Shown in pieces: positions 1 through 13,660 of a stretch of 64,000 nt of DNA. Under the pieces are notes generated by a model. That model worked only from the letters and a program-made list of their open reading frames with translations, was not told the origin of the DNA and made no database searches. Origin of the DNA: Bugula neritina (lineage: Eukaryota > Animalia > Bryozoa); contig OZ037766.1 in the NCBI GenBank assembly GCA_964035545.1, positions 17,757,081 through 17,821,080 on the forward strand. The letters are read 5' to 3'. The translations under genes were made by a program, and so were the position numbers. The first letter of the stretch is position 1. Every line of letters starts with the position of its first letter.

Positions 1-65
1 ATATATATATATATATATATATGTGTGTATTTATATGTATATATATATGTATATATAATATATAT
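1..65. repeat. Imperfect (TA)n microsatellite in a Dab intron
   Basis: Direct inspection. Confidence 0.85.
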
Positions 66-98
66 GCAGTAGTTCCTACAACCTGTTATTAATTTCAG

Positions 99-3000
99 TT
101 GAAGTTATATGACCATGCTGTCAACAAAATTTCCTACATAGCAAAAGATCCAACTGACAACAGAGCATTTGGCTATATTTACACAGAAGCGAAGGGAAAA
201 CATATGTACTTTGGCATAAAGACTGATAGACCCGTATGCATTCTCATTAGTCATCCATATTATACTATTTTATTTCAGGAGGCTCTAGTAAATTCCTGGT
301 GTTTTATGTGAACGTGAACTGGTAAAAATGTTTTGCAATTATTGCTGCACATATCTTTTACATATTTTGCTAGTAAATTGAGTGTGTTTAATGTCTTTAT
401 ATTTTGAGTTGGGAAAACTTGTAAAAAAAAATTCTGGACTATTTTTGCAGCTACTGAAATAATGTACATAAGTTTTTATTGGCCAGATTGTCATTCTGTA
501 CTGACAGGCTGAGGCAACTATTTTGGCACTCAAAGATATGTTTCAAGCGGTATCAGAGCAAGCCAAGTCGTCAGCAGGGCTTACAACTCTTCCTGAGGCT
601 GCTTCAACAGATACTAATGCTTCAGAAATCAAACCAGCTGAGACTCCCAATGTAGTTGAAGCTGCAGAAACAACCACGCCCTCCACTGAGCCAGCACTGG
701 TAACTTTTTATCGATAAAAAAATGTATGCATATGGAATTTAACAATCGAGAAAACTAATGATTTTTATTACTGAGGCATGGCGTTATTCAAACCAAATGT
801 ATGTATTTTAATAATTTGATTATGAAGTTATTGAAAAACTCAAGACATAAATACAATTCTTTGATCTTTTTAAATTAGTATTTTAAAATTGCCCATGAAA
901 TATGATAATGAAGATTTTGTGAAATAACAACCATGTCTTGTTAGGGAGAAGCACTCGAAAACAAGGAAGAAAAATCTGTGAAGAGAGACAACTCTAGCTC
1001 CAGTTTACTGGATCTGCTGGATGACCTGTCATTTGTAAGCCTAAATACTTTAAATTTTAATATTTCGATTTGCAAAGTATATGTGCTATATTTGCAATCT
1101 GCTAGCCGCATATTCCTATAATTTAGTTCTTATTTAAGCCATGATGCTCTGCTAATCTGGCTTGATCAAAAGATTTTTTTTGTATAACTTTTAAATAACA
1201 TTAATTTCAAGTTTTCAGCCAAAAATTCTCCTTTTCTCACAAAAAATTGAATTCCCCCAGTAAATGTACAATATTTAAATAATTTTTCACAGCTTTAATG
1301 AAAACTTTTACCATGTCCTTAATACTCAAATAGCAATTAAGAGTTTCATACCTTTAGCAGGTACATCTTTTAACCATATAATTGTTGTGACTTTGTTTAA
1401 AGTGTAATGCTGTGGTGGCAGCTATGGTATAATTGCCCTAATCAATAGACCATGTAAGATTGGTACATTTAGTACCTTGAACCAATTCTAGATACTCACC
1501 ACTATAACTTATATAAACTTCTGCAAGTTCAAATGCAAAATGCATACTTCTAGGAAATAGCTGTGCAACTTTTATTACATGCATTATTTTATTTCATATC
1601 TTAAATTTATGAATCATGAGTTCATTTTTCAAAATGTTTAAATTAAGTGCTTAAAAAATGCATTTAAAGAATGTATTCCTGAAAAATTACCCTGGAGCAG
1701 TTTGACCACAACCCCAGCTGTTTTGGCAAAACACATTTAATGACATTTTCATCGACATAGTGGTAAATTGGCTGGTTGTTTTTGGCAGATGAGTAGCACG
1801 CTGGCTGGCTGCAACTTTATACAATTCTGATTGGCTGGACTCTACATGACCAGCTAATGATTGTATCTGATTGGCCTAATAATGTAGAGTTTTATATAAG
1901 TTATAGTGGTGATATTTTAGAGTTGGTACACACCCCTTTTTTGGTTGAGTTTTATAATCTGATCACGCTGTAGTCATCTACAACACTTCAGTGTATGGGG
2001 AAATTATTAGTATTGCGAAATCTGTTTTGGCTTATATTGCTATGCCAGTTTTCTGACTTGGTTTGTAATAAACCATAGGCAGCTATATAACTTAGGTGAT
2101 TTCATCAAAGGTAGACATTACTTAGACCTTAGAACATCAAATCAACCAGTGCTGCTGTTACTTGGTTTTATTGCAAAGCAGTAGTGAGAGCATAGCACAC
2201 TAGCACAGTCACCTAGCTGCAATAGCAGTGGCCACACTAAACTCACCAGTTTTATTAAAATATCTTATGTAAGGCACTTAAATACACTAGCCTAGTCTGT
2301 TAGTATGTAGAGCAGTAACACAGTTACAGCAGTCACATCACCCCTCTCTATCTTGTCTACCAAGTACAGAGGTTGCAAAAATGATAATCATTTCATGATT
2401 TAGTTTTAAATCAATGCATATTACTGAATACATTCTCATAGTCTGATTATTTTGCGCTTCAGTTTACTTTAATGTGATAATTTAAAAAATTGCTTCACAT
2501 GCATATTACAAATGCATGAACCTACGCTAACCATAAATTATTTGCTTGTGTACTCACTACTGTTTTATTTTAAATTTATATAGCAGTAGCTTTTTTAATC
2601 AATCACATATTAATCTGCAAGAGTTTAATTGCACAGATAATGTAGACATTTTGTATAAAAATTAGTATTAACATGTAATGCCTTGCATGTGGGTCTATAT
2701 TGCCAGTTGGTATCATCACCTATAATACCATGTTGATAACCCTTTCTTGTATACGATTTACTTAGCGAAACAGCATGATTATCTTACAAATGTAATGACA
2801 TCAGCCGTGGGACAATATAGTCTAGAATCTAGACTCTAGATTCTTTTAACTGTGAAGTAATCAGCCTCAAACCATTGCTGGATGAAGTGCCTACACTTAG
2901 CTGTGAAGCTACTGCAATAACATCAACAATTTTACTAATGAGTTTTCAATACATGTTTTAGTCAGTTGGGTAAAATACAAAGGTTCTCTGGTATATGCTA

Positions 3001-6000
3001 GAATAAATGATGATTAAACATTGGATTTGATGAACATTTTTTCATGTTGTGTGATGCAACATGATAGTTACAGAGAAAACGCTGATCCCACTAAAACTGT
3101 AATGAAGGCATTATATTTCAACACTGACTGCATACAACATTGTTACCAACAGAATATTATCCATATATGAGTTTGTATTTTGCAAAATAAGCATCGAGTC
3201 TGAGCTGCCATTTTCTTTCACCCAAAAACCATTAATATCAGACTTTAGCTTACAAAGCATAGTGGTATAGCACATGCATATACAATAGCACACCAAAAAA
3301 AATATTATTAAGTGCTACACTTTATTGGTTACCAAGGGTGGCTGCAGAAAGCACAGCAGACTATTATAATCTTTTCTAAAAGAGGTGCAAACAGTAAGCT
3401 CCAGGACTATTTAGGATATCAAGTCCTTTATGGGTTGATTGCTCTTTTAACCTGGATTCTAAGAATAGCAATTAATTTAGTTTAGAGTTACTGCATTCTA
3501 GTCAGTTGAAAATGGCCTTTCTTTCCAGGTGGCATGGCCAGGAAATAAGTAAATACTGTAAGAGGATCGCCATGTAGTAGAAATAGGTGTGCTCCGGAAG
3601 CACTATAGTGAAGTTTTAATGGCTGGCATATGGTATTGGATACTAGCCCTCAGAATGTTTTTGTCATCTTCCTGCCTCAATGGTGGTTGATGATTACTTT
3701 GAGTGAGGAAAAACATGTATTGAAAACTCATTAGTATAGCTTCAGAGCTAGGTGCAGATATTTCCTCGAACAATGACTTGAGACTGAGAAGCTCACGTTA
3801 AAATGAAGCAAGCTGCTAACAAAATTACTTCATAGTTGAAAAAACTGGACTATATTGTCCTATGGCTGATGGCATTGCATTTGTGGGATAAACATGCTGT
3901 TTCACTAAGGAAATCATGTACAAATTGGTGATGATACCAAGTAACAGTATAGACTAGCATGCCAAGCACTACAGGTTAAAGCTCATTTTTATATAAATCG
4001 TCTATGTTTTCTGTTGCTAAAAGCTGTGCATTTTAACTCCTGCAAATAAATATGCAACCAAGTCAAAAAAATTACTGTTGTAATTTTTTTAAGTAAAATA
4101 ATGGTGGGCACATAAGCAACTATAATTTATGCTTAGCACATGCTTATACATGTGTTTGTCAGTGTGCTGTAAATATATGCTAGTGATGATAAATATGGTG
4201 CAGCACTGCCATTACAGTTTGCTGACTGTGCTATGCTATTGCTACTGTTTTGCAATAGTAACAACAGTGTTTGATTCGCTGCACCTAAACAGTGTCTACC
4301 TTCGATGAAATCACCTAAGTTATATAGCTGCCTATGGTTTATTACAAACCAAGTCAGAAAACTGGCATAGCAATATAAGCCAAAACAGATTTCGCAATAC
4401 TAATAATTTCCCCATACACTGAAGTGTTGTAGATGACTACAGCGTGATCAGATTATAAAACTCAACCAAAAAAGGGGTGTGTACCAACTCTAAAATATCA
4501 CCACTATAACTTATATAAAACTCTACATTATTAGGCCAATCAGATACAATCATTAGCTGGTCATGTAGAGTCCAGCCAATCAGAATTGTATAAAGTTGCA
4601 GCCAGCCAGCGTGCTACTCATCTGCCAAAAACAACCAGCCAATTTACCACTATGTCGATGAAAATGTCATTAAATGTGTTTTGCCAAAACAGCTGGGGTT
4701 GTGGTCAAACTGCTCCAGGGTAATTTTTCAGGAATACATTCTTTAAATGCATTTTTTAAGCACTTAATTTAAACATTTTGAAAAATGAACTCATGATTCA
4801 TAAATTTAAGATATGAAATAAAATAATGCATGTAATAAAAGTTGCACAGCTATTTCCTAGAAGTATGCATTTTGCATTTGAACTTGCAGAAGTTTATATA
4901 AGTTATAGTGGTGAGTATCTAGAATTGGTTCAAGGTACTAAATGTACCAATCTTACATGGTCTATTGTTCTGCTGGCTGTCACCATTCTGTTTATAGCTG
5001 TTAAACTTTCAACTCTTTGGATAATGAGCAGTATTTGTATCATAGATTACATACATGACGAGTAGGCATGTGATCTAATCAGTAACATGTATCATTTTAG
5101 TAAGACAGTGCTGACTATTTCTATAGTGCAACTTACCATTTTAATATCTAAGAGTTGAAAAGTTAACAATTATATGCAGAGTTGGGACAGCCAACACAAA
5201 AATGCTTTCAAGTTTATTTTTCTTAAAATTTATCATATAAAGAATTATTTCTAAAAAAGGTTTTTGAACTGTTAATATGTGTGCTTATACCAAAACATCT
5301 ATTTCTTAACAGAACAATTCTATAATATAGTTGGCGTTTTATATAGTAGTCAAACTTTAAATATTTAATGTTATTTGCTCTCTACATTATTGTGGTTTAA
5401 TTATATACCTGCTAAGAGGAGAGAACTCTTAGTTATAAATTGAATGGTGAGATATTAGAAAAAAGTTTATTCTACACAGCCAGCATATTTTCTTGCTCAC
5501 TTTATTCAAAGAAAAAAATCAATGGCCTTTGTATTAAGAAAGTTTCGTTTACTTTCAAATATAAAAATTTAGGTTACAAAATTTGTTCATTGGAAAAATG
5601 AGCTGTTATCTAAGTATTACAAAACATATTTCTAAGTTGCTGTATTATTTATTAACATAGAATCCAACTCCCCAGCCAACTGCTGTCGCTACACCAGCTG
5701 GTCAGCCTTGGCCACCCCAGAATGCTGCTGCTTTGTCGTGGGGTAATGCTTTACCAACTCAAGTGAGTTTCACTGCTTCACTGTTGTGAAATTATTTTAC
5801 TCAAAATTGGTGCTTTTTTAGATTCTCCGCAAAATTGCATACATGAACAGAGGTGTCCCCTTTTCTATATCATCTATGTATTTTAATTTAAATGTGTTTA
5901 TAAAAATATTTTTTTTCCATCTTGTAGAGGAATAATTAAAAATGAAGAATTTGTATGTTTATATTGATTGCGCCCTGTATGATAGTGTGATGCTGCACTA

Positions 6001-7245
6001 CCTTTAAATATTTTCCTATTTTATATTGCAGAATGATCCATTTGCCACACAGCCGCAACAAAATGCATTCAGTCAACAAAAACCAACGTTTCCCCAGCAG
6101 CCATACAGTCAGCCAAGCAACCAGTCTTCTTTCAATCAGCCATTTCCTCAACCAGCTGTGTTTGCAAGCCAACAGCAACCACAAATGTTTCACTCTCAAG
6201 CAGTGTCTGGTGGATTTGCTGCAGCTAATCCCCAGTCCAGTGGCCTCTTTCAGCAACCAGTTCAACCACAAACTACTATGACCTCACCATTTGGCCAACA
6301 GTCAACTCAGTCACCAGCATTTCTGAAGGACCCATTCCTTACTCCTGCTACATTTCAGCAAACGGCCCAGCCAGTGCAACCAGCTGTTTCAGTGCAATCG
6401 ACCAATCCTTTTTCCCCTGGTGGCAATCAGTCATTTGGTGTCCTCCAGCCACAACAAGTGCCACACCCAGTGCAGACACCTGCATATGGTCAGCAATCTA
6501 ATAATTTATTTTCCGATTTGAATCCTCTTCCATCAAACAACCAGCAAGTTCGGAAAGATCAATTTTTTAGCGATGTCAAAAATCCTTCAAAGCCTAAAAT
6601 GAATGAAATGCAAACAAGCCAAGACTCTGCTGCTTCGATCAACCGTATGTACAACATGTTTATTACAAAATTGTTTTGCTCTCGCATGATTTGCACTAGT
6701 GATGAATGCTGTTGGTAATGCACTATAATAGTATAATTCACTTCTTGGTAATAATATGCTTGATTCTCCTATGTACATTACCTTTAATTAGCTTCCTGGT
6801 GTCAGTAAATGATCATCTTCGCTTCTTGATTATATTCACTGCTTTTCTAAGCTTATGCAAATGGATTTCTCATTCGATGTTTGGAAACCATGAGTTAATG
6901 CAAACCGCAACCACAAATCCATCAGAGCATCCATTAGCATATGCAAAGCCATGGAAACACAGTGATTATTGCTGTCAATACCCTGGGCTTTCAACCCATG
7001 GATTTTGTCCCTTCTACTTTCTACTTTTAATCCATATACTTGATTGTCAACCAATTTCAGTGACAATGGGTAATAACCAGCCCATGGCTAGAGATTTTGA
7101 TTGGTTAAGTCAATTTATGGGCCAACCTCTAGTCACTCGGCAGTCAGTCCAATTAAATACTACAACCCCAGTTGGTTTGGTTGCTGCTCCTCCTAGTCAC
7201 AGCAGACAGAGGCAAGGGCAAACTTCCTCGGCTCTACCTATGTAG
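99..7245 (+). CDS. Dab: Disabled (Dab1/Dab2-like) PTB-domain endocytic adaptor, 5'-partial; exons 99-233, 508-699, 945-1034, 5661-5762, 6032-6644, 7061-7245
   Basis: Exons 1-2 read HAVNKISYIAKDPTDNRAFGY...FGIKTDRP|AEATILALKDMFQ, matching the C-terminal half of the Dab PTB domain. The Q/P-rich tail has DPF x2 and NPF motifs and LFSDLNPL...KDQFFSDVKNP, resembling the invertebrate Dab C-terminal block. All junctions are GT-AG with phases 0,0,0,0,1. The last exon is the least certain. Confidence 0.9.
1447..4963. mobile_element. Long inverted-repeat DNA element in a Dab intron (AGACC...GGTCT ends, apparent AT duplication at a CAATTG site; ISL2EU/Harbinger-like, tentative)
   Basis: 1443-2106 is the reverse complement of 4304-4967 with no indels. 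Diverged inverted homology continues about 2107-2720 vs 3925-4303. Flanks are caAT|agacc ... ggtct|ATtg. Confidence 0.75.
4970..5198. mobile_element. Small degenerate MITE with about 50-bp inverted ends
   Basis: ggctgtcaccattctgtttatagctgttaaactttcaactct pairs with agagttgaaaagttaacaattatatgcagagttgggacagcc; a related end occurs at about 29255-29306. Confidence 0.55.
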
Positions 7246-8543
7246 CCAGGTAAACTTTTAAAGGGAAATAATTGCTGCAGTCTGGGAGGAGACAACTCCT
7301 ATTTCCATACACTTAGTGAAGAAATAGCGCAAAATCGCATAATTATTATAAATGTATATATGCAAGGCTGTTAACATCTAGAGTTACCTGTGCTTTCTGG
7401 CTTGAGTTTACATACATTTGAAGTGAACTTTATTAGAAACGTAAGTTTCTTCTATTGCAAAAATGTCAGCCATGAAACTGTTCTGTGCTGACAAGGGTAT
7501 AAACCCTGAAACTGCTGTACACAGATTGAGGTGTGCATATATATAGGTATATATGCTAATGCACGGTTTCTTCTACAATGTAGTTTGCTGAAAAGTTATG
7601 CTGCTTTGCTATTTTAGTGAACAAATTAATTTTTGACAATTTTAGATGGGGCCTTATGGTAAATCTTGGTTTAACAGGAAACAAGTTTTCCAGGTAAGTT
7701 CCTGTAAAACTAACTCAATGAAAGAGTTGTAGTTTTGTTTATAGAAATGAAAAAAACTGCATGAAATTCTAATTTTTATTGTAGACCAAGATGTTCCAGA
7801 GCTTTGATATGTTGGCATCTAATTAGAAACTGTTATCCCAGAGACCATTCATACTTTATGTATTACAGATGATTATTCCACAAATTACTTAGCTCTAAGG
7901 CATACGTGTTTCCTTTCATTTTGCAAATTGTTTCAGTTAATTTCTTTTATTCATATTTAGGGTGCAGGTTTTTTTAGTCTCGACTTATTTTATGGAAATA
8001 ATTTCAATAACTATATTACTCAATTAGGAACTGAATTTATTGTTGCTTAGTTTTACTGATATATTGGTGCTTATTCACCTAATTTCTCTTATATTTGTGT
8101 AATGTCACAGCGTTTGCTAATGATTTACTGATATAATAATTAATATTGCTGTTCGAACTGCCTATCACCAGTACAGTTACGAGTCTGCACTGACGATTGT
8201 CAAATTATACATTATGCAAATTATAAATATAATAATTTATACATTTTCACAGGTGTATTGTTGACCGCATGCTCAGCTAGCCATTATAATATAGTATTCA
8301 GTATATACAGATACAAGCCATAAACATATAATTCAATCAATTATAATACCACTGAGATATTTTTTAATGTACATACAACTGAAGACAACACTATACATGA
8401 TTTCAATACAGTATAAGATAATTGTTTCAACTAGTACCATTGTATTAATACCAGAATTTGGCTTTCTGTTCTTATCGATTGCAATTATATAACATAGTGT
8501 TGGAACGCGGGAAGTTTTCTTGAATCTGTTTCTCAAAACATAT

Positions 8544-11500
8544 TTATAATTCATCATGATCATGATCAAGTTCATCTTCCTAAAATACCAATTTAAACAG
8601 TTATACTGGATACAAATCATACATACTCATGCATCAAACTGAAAGCATGAACAATTTTATTGAATGCTAACTGACCTAATAAAATTAACTTAGTTGATAT
8701 GAAGAATTTTATAGACCTAGCTTCTTCAGGTGAATACAAACACTAACCTCCATTTCATTGATTGGCTCATGATCGTCTTCAGCATCTTCATCATTGTCTG
8801 TTTCTCCATTGGCCTTAGCCTCTTCATCCATTTTCTTCTGTTCTTCCTCTTCCTTCAACCGTTTCTCTTCATCTTGAGCTTCCTTCATTTTTTTCTCGCC
8901 CTCGGATTGAGTTTTCCATGCAGCGGCCAGTTCTTTTACATCCTCTTCATTATCTGTTATCAAGACGTTATCAAAGATGGTTCCAGCTTTCACCTAAAAC
9001 AATAAGAATAAGAGGATACATATTACAATAAATATATAGCCAAAACCATCAAAAGAAAACTTCTGAAGCAACATATTTAAGCATTCCCAATGTATTCTGC
9101 TGCTTAACACACCTGCCACAAATCAAAACCTAAAATTCCAAAGTCTTCATATGCGTACAGCTTTTCGTCTGGAGTAAACTCGGGATTATCAATTTCTGGA
9201 TGGATCCATTTGCCTTTGTACTCAGGGTTGTCAATTTGCTTGGGCTTCCATTCACCCTTGTATTCTGGATTATCAATCATTGGTGGTTCCCATTCACCAT
9301 CCATTTCATCATCCCAATCTTCAGGTTTGGTAGCATCAGGGTCAGCAATGTGTTCTGGCTTATCCCAATCTTCTGGCTTTGTGTCTTCTGGGTCATCAAT
9401 TTTCTCTCGTTCATCCCAATCATCTGGTTTCTTTGCTTCAGGGTCTTTAATCTTTTTTGGTGGTAAGATGTCCCAGTCTTCTTCCAGACTACCACTTTCA
9501 ACTTTTTTATCATCAATTCTTACTTCATAACTATTATCAGGATTGACGACCAGAGTGTATAAATGAGTGTATACATCATCTTTACACCTAATATCTTTTT
9601 TAATAAGATGGTTCTTGCCTTTATATGCGAAAATTACGTGAACTTTTTTGGTACCTGGCCCGCAAATATCTGGTCCTAAAAATAAATTGCAGTACATATA
9701 CACACACGCATATGCAAAAATATAAAGCTATATGTTGTCATCCACAAACTCAAAAAATATCATCTATTAGGACAATATCTATCATTTGGGGCCCATTAGA
9801 CCATTAAATTAACTTTGTTGACATGCCTTTTCTTAATTGATGAGACAAAAAGAGAAAGCTATTTCTTAACAATTATTTATGCCATATACAAAACCATTCA
9901 GAGAGATTTAAAATTTTTTTCTAGTTTTGAAGTCCCTACAACTTATTATTTGCATAATGCCGCTAGAAAATCCAACAGAAAATGCATTGCCTCTACAAAT
10001 CCAATGTTAAATGAGAAGCCTACACTCTTTAGTCAGTTGCCTTGACTTATTGTCAGCATTTATGTACTTGGTCTTTTTGTGTACATATAAAACATAAGAG
10101 TCTAGGCATATATGAAACAATAATTGGACTAAACTTGATTAACTTAGCAAACATTTCAACACTATTGAAATTTTAATTCTGCTATTTTTTTATGTTAGGC
10201 ATCGTATTATTGTGGCAGCAGCACACGCAATATTTTAGCCAGGTCTGAAATCAGCATATTGTAGCAAACAACTTTTGCTAGGGATTTGCTACACAGTAAA
10301 TAAATTAAAAACACATAAACAGCATACCAGCTTACCAAACATGATATTGTAAGGTGACTCTCCATGCATATCAGTTTGATCCAGATCACTAGCGAACAAC
10401 TTTACATAGCCACCACCACAGTCAATGTTTTGTTCATGTTTCACTGAAAACTGGACATACAAGGTTTTCCCTTCATTACTAAATTTCTCGAATTTAGTAG
10501 AAAGTCCATAGAACTTTGCATTTTCTGCAGTTTTAATACCTGCAAAAAGAAAGGGACAAAACAAAATTAATTGAGCCCAACATCAACATCAACATCAACA
10601 CATTAACAGCCAAAATTGACCCTGATGCCAAAATTTGATGATTACTAACCCTTGTCTGCCATCTCATCACTATAAAATTCTCCAGCAGTCCACTCCCAGT
10701 TCCCAGCTTCTGCTCCTTTGTGTTTAGACTCGATCCATCTTTCTTTCCAACTCTCTAAAGTAAAATAAATATGCAGTGTACAACTATAATCTATATTGAT
10801 CCAATGACATGTATATGGCTACTAAGAAATAGGTATGTTTTAGCATTTTTTTATTTGTGCAAAAGCAGTTTGGAGTTAGAGTTTTGGGGGCAAACACTAC
10901 CAAAATATTCTTATAACACAACAAAAATAATTCAGTGAAGGTTAGTTCAAACCCCACTTTCAGAGATCATAAAACTAAAAATGGTTTGGCAACAAGGTTA
11001 GTAACAGCCTTTAGCTCATAAGCAGTAAATTAGCTATAATACTTTGTATATAAAACATCAATATTAACAGAACTGGGCTGAAGTTTCCGGTTAAGCGCTT
11101 AAAATTAATTAATTTTGATGACACTTTGTAAGCCTTGGTGAAATTGCTACAAGTTTTTGTACATAAGTTTTTGTACACCTCTACAGATAAATTTGTCAAA
11201 TCATGATTAGATAGACTAAGGCTAATTCAAATTATGATGTCAATGCTGATGGAAAGATTACAGCTATCATAGGCTGCTAAAATTTATGTAACTTGACTAT
11301 CAATTTATAATATTTGGATGTAATATTTTTCAAGCCATCCTAGACATTAACTTGATGAAGTACTTAAAAGTCAATTTAGATGGACTCTCCTGAAAGACAG
11401 GTGGATAAAACATGAAATTAACTATGGTTTAACAGCACCAATTTCATGTGACTTTAAATTAGTGCTGTTAAACCATAAGAACCGCCAAGTTAGATTTTAA

Positions 11501-13482
11501 TAAGTAATGGTTATTTTACTATGAAGCTGGCTGCTGGATTTAGATTTATGGTACTACTAGGAGACTATTAAATGCTGTGTTTACTTAATAAATTATAGTG
11601 TAGATATTTCTAGCAATAACGTATTCACCGGCTTTCCATGGATCGATCGATCCATGGAAAGACGTCAAACCATCGATCTGAGCTGGTCGGTCTGTAGAGT
11701 TCGAACTCAGATCGATCTCAAGGCACTAAGACCATGGAAAGACGAAAGATCAATCTAAGAAGAAGAAAAATTTCGTCCGCTAATAAAAATGATAAATTAT
11801 TAATTACTAAGCAAATTACTTAATAATTACGATAGCCACATTTTCAGATGCCAAAACTTTGACTTATATAAAATTATAGAGGATAGAAGGTACAAAAAAT
11901 GGGAGCATTTAAATTGAATTTAAATGGCTAGTAAAATTTACTTCAATTAGCTATTTGCTGTGTAATTTCAAGCCTAACAATCCTGTAAGTTTATGAATAA
12001 TCTGCAAGACAGCTATTAATTTTATATAAGCTGTCAAGCTAAAAAATTAGTTAGGAAGAGTTCATATATGCAAATCAGTTTAAAAATCAAAATAATGATT
12101 CATTTCTTTATCAACACCTTTAAGGAATAGCATAAACATAAGTATTTTTTAGTTTTAAACCCTACCACCAATAAATTTTGTGATTTTAAATATTACAATA
12201 TTCCACTCACTTAATGTATATCACTACCATACTCGTAATGATACTACATAAGTCATAAACCATTACCAGGAACTTATCCCAACAAACACAGTAAAGGTGT
12301 CACTCCTAGACCAACTGTAACTCTAGGACTTAGTGTTACTCATACTGTTAGTATTACTAGCCAAGTACTAGCAGTAGTAGACAGTAGCATGTTGTATAAC
12401 TGCAAGTGTAAGCGACCAAATCTTGACTGCCTAACAGTAACGCCCTCATTCTTGACTTATACTTAATCTAACAGTAAATGTTCACTTATAGTTATTGAAT
12501 TTGCATCTTACTTAGTCTTGCTCTTAGATTTTAAAGTTTCAAGCTTTAGCTGAGAGTTTAGACTATACACACCTTGAACATAGAATTGTCCTATAAGCAG
12601 CTCCGAGTTATGGGTGAATCAGCGTAGTAGTTGAAGGTTCTGGAGTTTGGAGCTCCACGAAACACCAACTCTAAACTCAAGAACCCCAAACTATTGCACT
12701 CACTCCTAGTCACCCCCTAAATTCAGAGCTGCTTAGAGTTGCATTAGTGCATGAGGGGTTACTGTTGCTTCGGACACAAGTTGCCTCGTACACAAACTGC
12801 TATCCATTTCGTACACAAAATAAATAATAAATTATTAATTAATCAACTGCATAACCACTTGAATGATACCAGTTTATTTATTTATTGCATCCCAACATCA
12901 ACATGTTTTTCAAACAAAAAATAATATACATAAAGTTAAACTAAGTGATAAGTCACTCTAACTCTAAGTGCAGTCAATGTCATCTATGACTACTGATAAC
13001 AATATGAATATATACACCAAAAGAGTAGTACCCCTAACATTTACTTCTACATCTACATCACTAGGGTGGTGTATCAGTTATCACTAACACTAACATTAGT
13101 GTATCAGTTATCACTAACACTAACATTAACTGTTAATAAGTATTACTATTACATTTACTATGGCTCATAGTCAATGTCATAGTCCTACATCAATTAATAA
13201 ATAGATATAACAAATATGTTAGTTTACTTTTAAGTAATTTACTTCGAAGTGCACGAAAAGAGCTGAAAAAGTAGGTACGAAACGACTTGTCATTTTGTGT
13301 ACGAAATGACCTGCACTGGCTTAGAGAACCATTCCATGGACATCATGGTCAAGTTCAACTTGAGTTGAATAGCAAATTTACTTTTAACCGATAAACTTAC
13401 CATCAAATGTTTCTTTTAAATGCGTGGTAGCGATTACTGAACCAAGTAATGCTGAGATAACTAGCACCAACTTCATCTTCAT
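8544..13482 (-). CDS. CALR: Calreticulin, about 411 aa; exons 13482-13401, 10754-10650, 10539-10336, 9675-9113, 8993-8748, 8579-8544
   Basis: Signal peptide MKMKLVLVISALLGSVIA; KHEQNIDCGGGYVKLF and IMFGPDICG signatures; P-domain repeats (IDDPEDTKPEDWD, GEWEPPMIDNPEYK); acidic C-domain; terminal exon EDELDHDHDEL*. Exon lengths sum to 1236 nt in frame. Confidence 0.98.
11622..11760. repeat. Palindrome-rich repeat end; inverted related copy at about 16585-16720
   Basis: Perfect 30-bp palindrome ctttccatggatcgatcgatccatggaaag (11632-11661) and an atcgatctgag...ctcagatcgat stem. The blocks attcaccg..tttccatg and tctgagctggtcggtctgt recur inverted at 16591-16720. Confidence 0.65.
12594..12735. mobile_element. 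Short hairpin-type MITE relic in calreticulin intron 1
   Basis: taagcagctc...gagctgctta termini with imperfect internal self-complementarity. Confidence 0.5.
13069..13128. repeat. 30-bp exact tandem duplication
   Basis: gtgtatcagttatcactaacactaacatta occurs twice in tandem. Confidence 0.8.
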
Positions 13483-13641
13483 TTCCAAAATGTACTTTCT
13501 GTGACCAGTAACCTACTGAGAGTGAAAACGAAGAAAAGCAAATGGTTATAAACGTTTACAATTCAATGAATGAATAAGGTACACGTGAGGAGACCGGTGA
13601 CAGATGTACTGATGTGATTGGTACACAGCTTACGGCCATGT

Positions 13642-13660
13642 CCAATAATATTAGCCCACG
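13642..13660 (+). promoter_or_regulatory. ER stress response element (ERSE, CCAAT-N9-CCACG)
   Basis: CCAAT-aatattagc-CCACG is an exact consensus match 160 bp upstream of the calreticulin ATG. A reverse CCAAT (13617-13621), a CACGTG (13582-13587) and a minus-strand TATAA (about 13547-13552) lie nearby in a locally CpG-rich stretch. Confidence 0.85.

Noticed and set aside
3330-3900. Possible decayed pogo/Tigger transposase in the spacer of the Dab-intron element
   Set aside because: Only faint motif resemblance with many stops; not supportable without a search.
6706-7060. Hydrophobic N-terminal part of the 179-aa ORF as a separate membrane protein
   Set aside because: It lies in the Dab intron; only 7061-7245 has a phase-compatible acceptor.
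8709-8993. Calreticulin apparently lacking an ER-retention signal in the ORF track
   Set aside because: The ORF runs into an intron; a 36-nt terminal exon (8579-8544) supplies HDEL.
8730-9530. Plus-strand hydrophobic or Ser-rich ORFs opposite calreticulin
   Set aside because: Antisense shadows of the K/E/D-rich coding strand.
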